Of a stretch of DNA of 64,000 nt, positions 18,865-27,556 are shown in pieces; the stretch's first letter is position 1; the number at the start of each line of letters is the position of its first letter. This stretch comes from Candidatus Tectimicrobiota bacterium (lineage in GTDB: Bacteria > JACPUC01), in NCBI GenBank assembly GCA_016192455.1, contig JACPUC010000028.1, positions 1 to 64,000 on the forward strand, in the 5' to 3' direction. Both the position numbers and the translations under genes were made by a program. The notes beneath the pieces were generated by a model, which worked only from the letters and a program-made list of their open reading frames with translations, searched no databases and was not told the DNA's origin.

Positions 18865-19569
18865 ATGCCCGCAGAACCACACCTGCCGCCGCAGCCCATT
18901 CCCATGCTTTCCGTGGTCGGAAAATCGGGGAGCGGCAAGACGACCTTGTTGGAGAAGCTCATCCCCGCCCTGCGTGACCTCGATCTGCGCCTGGCGGCCA
19001 TCAAGCATGACGCCCACAGCTTCGAGATCGACCAGCCGGGGAAGGATAGCTGGCGCCTGAAGCAGGCCGGCAGCGAGGCAATCATCATCTCCTCCGCGGA
19101 GAAGCTCGCCATCGTGCAGGACACCTCGGTGGACCTGCCGCCGCGCCTCCTGCAGGAGCGTTACCTGCACGGCGTTGACCTCATCCTGACGGAGGGATAC
19201 CGCGCCGAAGACCTGCCGAAGATCGAGGTGCATCGCCGGGCGCGCAGCTCGGACCTGCTGTGTGGTCCCGAGGATAACCTCATCGCCGTGGTGACGGATG
19301 AAGCGTTGCAGGTTGCGGTCCCCTGCTTCAACTTCGATGAGATTGGGCCGCTGGCGTTGTTCCTGCGCGACTACGTCCGGCGCCGCCAACAATCAACCCC
19401 GCCGCGCGAGGCACTCGAGCTCTACCTCGACGGCGTCCGCCTGCCCCTCAACCCGTTCATGCAACAGCTCGTGACCGACCTCATGGGCGCCGTGCTGAAG
19501 AACCTCAAGCAGGCGAGCTACCACTCGACCTTGCAGCTTATCTTGAGAGCGGGACCATACCCCGACTAG
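18865..19569 (+). CDS. mobB: Molybdopterin-guanine dinucleotide biosynthesis protein B with C-terminal extension
   Basis: GKSGSGKTTL, AIKHDAH.FEID.PGKDS, DLILTEGY; tail LPLNPFMQ. Confidence 0.9.
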   Translation: MPAEPHLPPQPIPMLSVVGKSGSGKTTLLEKLIPALRDLDLRLAAIKHDAHSFEIDQPGKDSWRLKQAGSEAIIISSAEKLAIVQDTSVDLPPRLLQERYLHGVDLILTEGYRAEDLPKIEVHRRARSSDLLCGPEDNLIAVVTDEALQVAVPCFNFDEIGPLALFLRDYVRRRQQSTPPREALELYLDGVRLPLNPFMQQLVTDLMGAVLKNLKQASYHSTLQLILRAGPYPD

Positions 19570-19593
19570 AGCGTAGGTCGGGCGAGGAGAATC

Positions 19594-20655
19594 ATGATTG
19601 AGTACGAGCTGCCGGAGGTCTCCGGCAACACCATCAACGGGCTGGGCGAGCGCCAGGTGCGGCGGCCGCGGCACGTCTACCACTCCCATCCCGACGATCT
19701 GGAGTGGAACGACCTCTTCAGCCGGCGCAGCGGCCGCGACACGACCCAGATCGAACGCTGCCTCATGCGCTGCTACTGGCAATTTCAGTACCGCAACGGA
19801 CCGGTGGCGGCGGAGCGCTCTCCCATCACCGATCCAGCCCGCCTGACCGCGCAGGTGAAGGCGAAGGCGCGCGAACTCGGCGCCGAGCTGGTGGGCGTCA
19901 CCAGCACACGGCCGGAGTGGGTCTTCCAGGATCACACCGCGCCCGGGCGCTTCTTCATCTCTTTGGGTGTGCGCATGGAGATGACGGAGCTGGAGAAGGC
20001 TCCCGAGCTTGCCGCCCAGGAGGAGGTGCTGCGCGTCTACGCCGTGGTGGCCCGCATCGCCGGCGACCTGGCCCGTCACATCCGCGCTTTGGGCTATCCC
20101 GCCATCGCCCATCCGGGGCCGTCGAGCGGCGACATCCTGCAGATTCCCGCGGCCATCGAGGCGGGTCTGGCGCAGCTCGGCAAACATGGCTCGTTGATCT
20201 CGGACGAGCTTGGCGCCGCCTTCCGCCTCGCCGGCGTCACCACGGACCTGCCGCTGGTCGTCGATGCCCCGCGGGACATCGGCGTGGACGACTTCTGCCG
20301 GAGCTGCCAGCTCTGCACCGAGAAATGCCCGCCGCAGGCGATCTTCCCGGAGAAGCAGTGGGTGCGGGGAGTGCTGAAGTGGTACGTCGATTTCGACACG
20401 TGCGCCCCCTACTTCACCGAAACCGACGGCTGCGCCATCTGCCTGAGCGTCTGTCCCTGGAGCAAGCCCGGCGTGGCGCCGAAGCTCTCCGCCAAGATGC
20501 TGAAGCAGCACGTTGGCAAGCAGGGCACCGACGCGCGGCCGGCGGCGCGGCCGCTGCGGGTGAGCCGCCCGCGCTCCTTCACCGAGACCCCCGTGGCGTC
20601 CGGCGGCACGGTAGCGGGGGACGGACCGAGGAGCGGGATCGAAACGGATGGGTAA
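19594..20655 (+). CDS. Reductive dehalogenase/QueG-like 2x[4Fe-4S] protein (no Tat signal)
   Basis: AKARELGAELVGV, AIEAGLAQLGKHG, TTDLPL, FCRSCQLCTEKCP, C...GCAICLSVCPW. Confidence 0.75.
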   Translation: MIEYELPEVSGNTINGLGERQVRRPRHVYHSHPDDLEWNDLFSRRSGRDTTQIERCLMRCYWQFQYRNGPVAAERSPITDPARLTAQVKAKARELGAELVGVTSTRPEWVFQDHTAPGRFFISLGVRMEMTELEKAPELAAQEEVLRVYAVVARIAGDLARHIRALGYPAIAHPGPSSGDILQIPAAIEAGLAQLGKHGSLISDELGAAFRLAGVTTDLPLVVDAPRDIGVDDFCRSCQLCTEKCPPQAIFPEKQWVRGVLKWYVDFDTCAPYFTETDGCAICLSVCPWSKPGVAPKLSAKMLKQHVGKQGTDARPAARPLRVSRPRSFTETPVASGGTVAGDGPRSGIETDG

Positions 20656-20902
20656 CCGCATGGGGAAGAAGGAATGCGACCGCTGCGGAGTCCCCTACCC
20701 TGCTGATCGGCTGCGCCATCTTACCATCGGGCTGGGACCATCCCCGCGCGGTCGCCCGGTTCTCTTGCAAGCCTACGTCTGTGACGCCTGCTACGGCAAC
20801 GCGACGTACAACCCCAGCCAGCGGACGCAGCTCGAAGGCGATCTCCTACAGGTGCGCGAGCGCCGCCGTCAGGGGGTGACGCCGCCCTACCTGCCAGGTT
20901 AA
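20648..20902 (+). CDS. Small CxxC...CxxC (zinc-ribbon-like) protein
   Basis: CDRC and CDAC; overlaps the end of the upstream gene. Confidence 0.55.
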   Translation: MGNRMGKKECDRCGVPYPADRLRHLTIGLGPSPRGRPVLLQAYVCDACYGNATYNPSQRTQLEGDLLQVRERRRQGVTPPYLPG

Positions 20903-21052
20903 CCCCCCTCTCCTCCCGCCGGCAGAGCCGCCGCTTCGGCTTGCCGAAGCAGTCTCCCCGCCAGGCATGCCGCCGCTTCCTCACGGCTTGGGACCTGGGT
21001 GCCGGGGCCGCCGCCCGCCGCGCCCAGCCTCGTCTCTCTCTGCCACTCGCCC

Positions 21053-21100
21053 TTTACAAACATGCTGGGGTCGGCTAGATTAAGAGGTCAAGTAGTTGAC
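21053..21100 (+). promoter_or_regulatory. Putative sigma70 promoter with downstream palindromic operator
   Basis: TTTACA-17 nt-TAGATT (21053-21081) followed by GTCAA-GTAG-TTGAC (21087-21100). Confidence 0.5.
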
Positions 21101-21194
21101 TTTCTCTCGGCGCAACCAAGGCCACGCTCCTCGTCCGACCTTGCAATAAGGCGACCTGCAAGCGGGAGGCGTGGTGCAAGAGGGAGACTGGGAT

Positions 21195-22553
21195 ATGGAG
21201 CAGGATCTCCGCGCGGCGATGAAAAAGTTCGAGGCGGCAGGCGAGCTGTTGCAGGTGCGCAAGGAGGTTGACCCCGACTACGAGCTGTCGGCGGTGCTCT
21301 GGAGAGCGAAACGCGGTCCTGCCGTGCTGTTCGAGAAGGTCAAAGGCTCGAAGATGCGCGTCATCGGCAATGTCAACAACACCCGCGGCAAGTTCGCCAT
21401 CTCCCTCGATCTCCCCCGCTCCGAGATTCTGCCTCGCCTCGTGCATGGCATGGAGAAGCCGGTCAAGGTGGAAGTGGTGAGCAACGCGCCCTGCCAGCAG
21501 GTGGTCATCGAGCGCGACATCGATCTCGCCAAGCTCCTGCCGGCGCCGCGCGTCTCCGAGAAGGACGCCGGCCCCTACCTCACCGCGGGCATCCTCATCG
21601 CCAAGCACCCCGAGACGGGGCTGCGCAACTGCTCGATCCACCGCATGCAGGTGCACGGCCCCGACACCCTGGGCGTGAACATGGCGCCGACGCACCTGAG
21701 CAAGATGTACCAGCGGGCCGGCGAGCTGAACGAGCCGCTGCAGGTGGCGGTGTGCATCGGCAACCACCCGGCGGTGATGCTGGCCTCGAACATGTACGGC
21801 CGCCTGGGCAGCGATGAGCTGGAGATGGCCGGCGCGCTGTTCGGCAAGCCGCTGCAGGTGGCGAAGTGCAGGACGATCAATATGGAGGCGCCGGCGGGCT
21901 GCGAGATCGTGCTCGAGGGGGAGATGCGCCCCGGCGAGCTGAAGGAGGAGGGGCCCTTCGGCGAGCTGATGGGTTCCTACGCCTTCCGCGGCAAGCGCCA
22001 GGTCTTCCACTGCAAGGCGGTGACCATGCGCGAGGACGCCATCTACCACCATGTCGTCGGCAGCAACCACCCCGAGCACCTGCTGATCATGGCGATGCCC
22101 CGGGAGGCGAACATCTACAAATCGGCCAAGGTCACCTTCCCGCGTCTCGAGGATATCAACATGACCGAAGGCGGCTGCGGCCTCTTCCACGCCGTGGTGT
22201 CAATCCGCAAGACCGGCGAGGGGGAGGGGAAGAAGGCCATCCTTACCCTCCTGACGCTGAACGACCTCCTGAAGCAAGTCACCGTGGTGGACAGCGACAT
22301 CGACGTGCATGACCCGGTGATGGTGGAGTGGGCCATCGCCACGCGCGTGCGGGCGGAGAAGGACGTGGTTCTCTTCCCCGACCTGAAGACCAACAAGCTG
22401 GATCGCCTGGCCAACAAGGACGGCACCATCACCAAGTGGGGCATCGACGCCACGCGGCCCCTCGATCTGCCGGCGGAAGTTTACGAGTACGCCACGGTGC
22501 CTGCCGAGATTATGAAGAAGGTCGAGCGGGATTGGGAGCAGTACCTCTCATAA
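21195..22553 (+). CDS. UbiD-family (de)carboxylase, paralog 3
   Basis: MEQDLRAA, SIHRMQ, EIVLEG, EGPFGE, VDSDID...WAIATR, GIDAT. Confidence 0.92.
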   Translation: MEQDLRAAMKKFEAAGELLQVRKEVDPDYELSAVLWRAKRGPAVLFEKVKGSKMRVIGNVNNTRGKFAISLDLPRSEILPRLVHGMEKPVKVEVVSNAPCQQVVIERDIDLAKLLPAPRVSEKDAGPYLTAGILIAKHPETGLRNCSIHRMQVHGPDTLGVNMAPTHLSKMYQRAGELNEPLQVAVCIGNHPAVMLASNMYGRLGSDELEMAGALFGKPLQVAKCRTINMEAPAGCEIVLEGEMRPGELKEEGPFGELMGSYAFRGKRQVFHCKAVTMREDAIYHHVVGSNHPEHLLIMAMPREANIYKSAKVTFPRLEDINMTEGGCGLFHAVVSIRKTGEGEGKKAILTLLTLNDLLKQVTVVDSDIDVHDPVMVEWAIATRVRAEKDVVLFPDLKTNKLDRLANKDGTITKWGIDATRPLDLPAEVYEYATVPAEIMKKVERDWEQYLS

Positions 22554-22578
22554 CGCCGACGCCTTCGCCTCGACTGCA

Positions 22579-22616
22579 GCATGAAGCCCCTGGAGGTTCC
22601 TCCAGGGGCTTCATGC
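22579..22616. terminator. Perfect 17-bp hairpin between convergent genes (probable terminator)
   Basis: GCATGAAGCCCCTGGAG-GTTC-CTCCAGGGGCTTCATGC; no clear U-tract. Confidence 0.6.
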
Positions 22617-22698
22617 ACGTCCAGCGGCTGCAACGACTGCTCGGCAAGCGGTACACGTCACCGACCGGGACGCGCCAATCCTCCACCTTGCCGAGATT

Positions 22699-22914
22699 CT
22701 AATGCTCCGGCCCGCTTGCCAGGGTTTTGTTGTACTGCAGGTACTTGTAGAGGCGATCCCCCCAGAGGCAGCAATCGCAGACCATTGCCGAGGTGAAGTC
22801 TGAGTCCACCTCCTGCGAGCAGATGATGCAGCGCTCCTTTGGCAGGGCTTCGCTGAGCTTCTCGAGATTCTCCTGCTCATCCCAGTCGTGAATGATTGTC
22901 ACCTCTTCCTCCAT
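22699..22914 (-). CDS. Small Cys-rich hypothetical protein
   Basis: CIIC...CDCC; start ATG 22914, or GTG 22902 behind GGAGG. Confidence 0.55.
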   Translation of the reverse strand: MEEEVTIIHDWDEQENLEKLSEALPKERCIICSQEVDSDFTSAMVCDCCLWGDRLYKYLQYNKTLASGPEH

Positions 22915-23006
22915 CCTCAAGGCGCGCCGACTGCGCCGCACCGCCACGCTGCCGCCATGGCGCGCGACGTCCGTTGTCGGCCGCGCAAAAACCCGCGCGC
23001 CGCGCG

Positions 23007-24203
23007 TTACTGGAGGCGCTTGAATTTCCCCCCCTCGGCCAGCAGGACGAAGACCTCCTTCTGGGCGGCGCCATCGGAACCGATCGTCGTCAGGCCCATG
23101 ACTCCTTCATAGTTCTTCACCTTGCTCCAGCCCTCCATGAGCTTCTTGCGGCTGGCGGCGAGGTCGTCACCCGGCTTGATCCCCAAATCCTGGATGAGCT
23201 TCATGGTAATCTGGAAGGCATCGTAGATCGTGGCGGCGATAAAGAAGGGAGCCTTGCCGTAGCGCTTCTCGAAGGTCTCGGTGAACGCCTTCGCCTTCGG
23301 CTCCGGGCTCTCGGTCCAGAAGAAGGTTGAGGCGATGCTCCCCTCCATGACGCCGGCGCCGGCCAGCTCCACGAACTTACGATCCGCCAGGCTGATACCG
23401 CCGAGGACCGGCGCGGTGATGCCCTGCTTGCGCAGCTCGCGCAGGATGTTCGCCCCTTCCGGCGGCCAGGCGACCAGGACAATGCCATCCGGGTTCAGGC
23501 TCTTGATCTTCGTCACCTGGGCGCTGAAGTCGAGATCACCGGTCAGGAACGGCATCGATCCCACCACCTCAATGCCGGCTTTCTTCAGGATCGGCGGGAA
23601 AATCGCCGTGCCATCAATGTTGAAGAGCCGTTCCTTCGAGTCGTAGATCACGGCCATGCGCTTCGGCTTGTAACGCTTCACAAAGGCCTGCGTGGCCGGC
23701 GCGTAGAGGACATCAGAGGTCTGCATGTTGAGGAAGGCGAAGGGACGGCTCTTCGCCCCCAGCCCCGGCGAGGCGCACGACCCTGTGACGGAAACGATCC
23801 CCGCCTTGTTGATGACCGGGAAAACCACCTCGCACTGGCCGCTGGTAAACGGCCCCATGATGGTCAGCACCTTCTCCGTGGCGATCAGGCGGCGCGCCCC
23901 AGTCACGGCCTCATCCGGCTTGACGCTCGTATCGTGGATGATGAGCTTCACCGGCACGCCGTTGATGCCGCCCTTGGCGTTGATCGCTTCCACGGCGATG
24001 TTCAGGGCCGCCTCCTGCTGCTTGCCGTAGGCCGCCGCGGGTCCCGTGATGGGGATGAGCGCGCCGATGCGATACTCGGCGGCGAGCGCGCCGGGCGGGG
24101 AGACGACCATCAGCAGCGCGGCAACGATGAGCGCCGCCGCCAGCGCGCTGCCCAGCCTCGCCGACCGGGCCCGTTTCGCATGCCAACTCCAGCGATGCTT
24201 CAT
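23007..24203 (-). CDS. Branched-chain amino acid-type ABC substrate-binding protein (LivJ family)
   Basis: IGALIPITGPAAAYG, INAKGGING, DFSAQVTKIK; signal peptide. Confidence 0.9.
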   Translation of the reverse strand: MKHRWSWHAKRARSARLGSALAAALIVAALLMVVSPPGALAAEYRIGALIPITGPAAAYGKQQEAALNIAVEAINAKGGINGVPVKLIIHDTSVKPDEAVTGARRLIATEKVLTIMGPFTSGQCEVVFPVINKAGIVSVTGSCASPGLGAKSRPFAFLNMQTSDVLYAPATQAFVKRYKPKRMAVIYDSKERLFNIDGTAIFPPILKKAGIEVVGSMPFLTGDLDFSAQVTKIKSLNPDGIVLVAWPPEGANILRELRKQGITAPVLGGISLADRKFVELAGAGVMEGSIASTFFWTESPEPKAKAFTETFEKRYGKAPFFIAATIYDAFQITMKLIQDLGIKPGDDLAASRKKLMEGWSKVKNYEGVMGLTTIGSDGAAQKEVFVLLAEGGKFKRLQ

Positions 24204-24649
24204 GTGCCTCTCTCCTCCACCTTGCGTTGGGGCTGGAACGTCTGCCGAAGCCACGCCGCCGCAGGCCGCCAAACAGGCTCCACCAGCCGCGCCTCGCCAG
24301 ACCTCCGGCATCTCCAGCCTTCCTCTGCCTCACCGGCCCAGGCGCAAACCCCGCGGGCAGGTTTTCGGGCGCGATGGGAGACTGTCGCGCCGATCAGCAG
24401 CGGCACCGCGACCGCCACGGTCTCCCCCGCCTCCCGCACTGCTTCAAACCCATTGTATCAATCGGGGAGGCGTCGTGTCATGTCCGAAAAACAGTGGCGC
24501 GAACCTGAGGAGCGGAGGGAGGAGGTGCGCAGGAGGCTCTCTAGCGCGGCGCCCGCGTACCCCCGCCCCACACGCCTTGGGGACGGCTCCGCGGGTTGCG
24601 AGGAGATCGGCTCGCCCAGGGGGCGGCGTTCAGCTCCGCGGCGCGCGGA

Positions 24650-25441
24650 TCAGCGGCCGCTGAACTTCGGGGACCGTTTCCCCCGGAAGGCGGCCAATCC
24701 CTCCTTGTGATCGCGGGTGGTCACAAGGATGCTCTGCGCCAAGGTCTCGAAGACGCGCGCCGTCGAAGCGTCCACATTGCCGGCGCTCCAGGCCACGCGC
24801 TTCACCAGCCCCAGCGCGATGGGCGCCTTGGCAAGGAGGAGATCGAGCACCTCGTTCGTTTTGGCGGCGAGCTGGTCGCTCGGCACTACATGATTCACGA
24901 GTCCAATCTGTCGGGCCTCCGCCGCGTCGAAGATGCGCCCGGTCATGAGCAGCTCCTTGGCGATGCCCATGCCGACCATCTTCACCAGGCGGGAGCACCC
25001 TCCGACGCCGGGGATGACGCCGATGTTATTCTCCGGGAAGCCGAAGCGCGCCCCCTCCGCGGCGAGGCGCAAATCGCACGCCAGCGCCAGCTCCAGGCCG
25101 CCGCCGACGCAGGTGCCGTTGATGGCGGCGAGCACCGGCTTCTCCAGCTCCTCGAGGCTGTCAAAGAAGCGGGTGAGAATGCGCGTAAAAGCGCGCAGAG
25201 TCGGCGAGCGCCAGTCGCGCTCGAAGTACTCCACATCCGCCCCCACGCAGAAGGCTCGCCCCTTGGCGGTGATCACCACTGCACGGATCGTTTCATTGCG
25301 GGCCAGCTCATCCGCCAGGGCCGGCAGCTCGTAGCGCACCTCCATGCTGATGGCGTTGAGCTTCTCGGGACGGTTCAAGGTCACCGTCGCCACGCCACGC
25401 TCGTCAACGTTGAACAAGAACGAATGGAATGTCGCCGCCAT
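24650..25441 (-). CDS. Enoyl-CoA hydratase/isomerase family protein
   Basis: LNRPEKLNA, AFCVGAD, GGGLELALACD, FGFPE. Confidence 0.92.
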   Translation of the reverse strand: MAATFHSFLFNVDERGVATVTLNRPEKLNAISMEVRYELPALADELARNETIRAVVITAKGRAFCVGADVEYFERDWRSPTLRAFTRILTRFFDSLEELEKPVLAAINGTCVGGGLELALACDLRLAAEGARFGFPENNIGVIPGVGGCSRLVKMVGMGIAKELLMTGRIFDAAEARQIGLVNHVVPSDQLAAKTNEVLDLLLAKAPIALGLVKRVAWSAGNVDASTARVFETLAQSILVTTRDHKEGLAAFRGKRSPKFSGR

Positions 25442-25479
25442 CAAGGTCCTCGCTCTCGTCTCGATCCACCGCGTCTCCG

Positions 25480-26193
25480 CTAGGCGAGCTTCTCGCCGGG
25501 CTTCAACGGCAGGACCTCCATCTTGGTCAAATCGCTGGTCAATTTCCTCAGCTCCTCCGGCGTGCCGGTGAGGATGGGGAAGGTGCCGTAGTGCATGGGA
25601 ATCACATACTTCGGCTGCAGCAGGCGGCAGGCGTAGGCTGCTTCGCGCGGGCTCATCGTGTACATGTTGCCGATCGGCAGCATCGCCAGGTCAGGCCCGT
25701 AGAGCTCGGCAATGATCTTCATGTCGCCGAAGACGTTGGTGTCGCCGGCGTGGTAGAGCTTGAAGCCGTTCTCCAGCTCAATCACGTAGCCGCAGGGGTC
25801 GCCGCCGTAAATGATCTTGCCGTCATCGAGGATGCCGCAGCTATGGTCGGCATGCACCATGGTGACCTTCACGCCCGCCACCTCAACGGTTCCGCCCTTG
25901 TTCATCCCCATGGCCTTCTTCACGCCCTTGCCGTTCAGCCAGACGCCGGTCTCGAAGATGCAGACGGCGGTGACCTCGTGGCTGCCGTAAATCTTCACCG
26001 TATCGCCGATGTGATCGAAATGCCCATGCGTAATCAGCATCGCGTCAAGCCGGTCGAACGTCTTCAGCCTCTCCGGGCAGGCGGGGTTGCCCTGCACCCA
26101 CGGATCGATGAGCAGCACCTTGCCACCGGGGGTGGTCACCTTGAAGGTCGAGTGTCCCAGGAATTCAATGGTCACGTCGCGATTCAAGTTCAT
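25480..26193 (-). CDS. Metal-dependent hydrolase, metallo-beta-lactamase fold (UPF0173-like)
   Basis: LGHSTF, THGHFDH, YHAGDT, IPMHYGTF. Confidence 0.9.
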   Translation of the reverse strand: MNLNRDVTIEFLGHSTFKVTTPGGKVLLIDPWVQGNPACPERLKTFDRLDAMLITHGHFDHIGDTVKIYGSHEVTAVCIFETGVWLNGKGVKKAMGMNKGGTVEVAGVKVTMVHADHSCGILDDGKIIYGGDPCGYVIELENGFKLYHAGDTNVFGDMKIIAELYGPDLAMLPIGNMYTMSPREAAYACRLLQPKYVIPMHYGTFPILTGTPEELRKLTSDLTKMEVLPLKPGEKLA

Positions 26194-26521
26194 GGCTGCC
26201 TCCGCTGCATTTGCAAGGATGCGCATAGAACCGTGGCCCTGGCGTGGCTCCGCTCGACGCAGAGCCGCGGCCGCCCGGACCCCCCTCCCGCGGGGCACAG
26301 GGTCGCTCCCGTCTGGTGTCGCTGCCAGCGGCGCAGGAGGATGAGATCGGCAGACAGTTTCAGGCCGCCGGCCGCCTTTGCCGCTCCCCTCCCTCGAGGG
26401 CGAGCACCGCAGGTGGACAGGCCCGGAAAGGGGCGCCCCTCCCTCTCCCGGAGAAGGAGAAGGCCGGACACGCATCGCCAGCCGCGTCCCTGCCGCCGCC
26501 CCAGGCGCCGGCTCCACGGAC

Positions 26522-27256
26522 CTACCGCGGAATCTCCAGGCGCCGGTAGGCATCGGCATACGGCAGGTTGCGCTCGCTGCCCACCTGCTCGGCACGCTCC
26601 CGCACGTACTTGCTGATCTCGCCGGCGCGCTCCGGGCCGATCTGGCTCTCGTGGCAGAGCAGCGCTCTCATCTTCAGACCGATGGTGTCGCTGATGTCGA
26701 TCCAGACGTTCGGCTTCTCGGTGCCGAAAAAGTAGACCTCGCGCGGGGTATGGGGGAGATACCCCAGCTCGATGAGGTGGGGGAAAAAGTGGGGGTTGCC
26801 GACGGCGGGGTAGAGGGCGTCGTAGAGCGCCACGGCCGCGGCGCGGTGATCGGGATGGAAGCGGTAGAAGCTGTCGAACGCCTGGTTGGCCGGATCGGCG
26901 GCCATCACCCGCGTCGGGCGGTAGCGCCGCATCACCTTCACCAGGTCTTCCTGCAGCTTCGGCGTGTTGGCCAGCTCGCCATCGGTATGGCCCAGGAAGA
27001 TCACATCCTTGGCGCCGACGGTCTGGGCCGCGGCGCGCTGCTCCTCCCGGCGGAGGTGGATGCGCTCGCTGATCGGCAGCTCCTCCTGGAAGCCCCGCTC
27101 GCCGTCGGTGCACACGACGTAGTAAACCTCGGCGCCCTGGCGCGCCCACAGGGCCACCGTGGCGGAGACGGAAAAGTCTAAATCGTCAGGGTGCGCGGCT
27201 ACCGCCAGAACCACCTCGTGGCCCTGCTCGCCGCTGTCCCTGCGGTCGAATCCCAT
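26522..27256 (-). CDS. PIG-L/LmbE-family deacetylase
   Basis: AHPDD, TDGERG, RREEQ, HPDHR, HESQ. Confidence 0.9.
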   Translation of the reverse strand: MGFDRRDSGEQGHEVVLAVAAHPDDLDFSVSATVALWARQGAEVYYVVCTDGERGFQEELPISERIHLRREEQRAAAQTVGAKDVIFLGHTDGELANTPKLQEDLVKVMRRYRPTRVMAADPANQAFDSFYRFHPDHRAAAVALYDALYPAVGNPHFFPHLIELGYLPHTPREVYFFGTEKPNVWIDISDTIGLKMRALLCHESQIGPERAGEISKYVRERAEQVGSERNLPYADAYRRLEIPR

Positions 27257-27352
27257 GGTTGCTTCTCTCCTTCGTATGGTTTCGAGGGCGCCGAGCACCC
27301 CCCCAGGTTGCCATGCGGTCTCCGTGCGATAACGCCTTCAATCGCAGCCCTC

Positions 27353-27382
27353 AGTATATGAAGAGCCTTGCGCGACTGTCAA
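27353..27382 (-). promoter_or_regulatory. Putative sigma70 promoter of the PIG-L gene
   Basis: Minus strand TTGACA-18 nt-TATACT. Confidence 0.6.
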
Positions 27383-27556
27383 CGAAGCGTCAGGCGCTCC
27401 AAGATGCGGCGGAGAGAATGCGGTAGGCGGGCTCCGGATAGCTGTGGTAAAATAAGGGAACGGCGTAAATAGAAATACGTCTGTCTGGAAGCTCCGTTTC
27501 AGCAGAAGATTTCCGGGGTGGCTTATTCGAGCATATGGCGATGAGAAGGAGAATCC

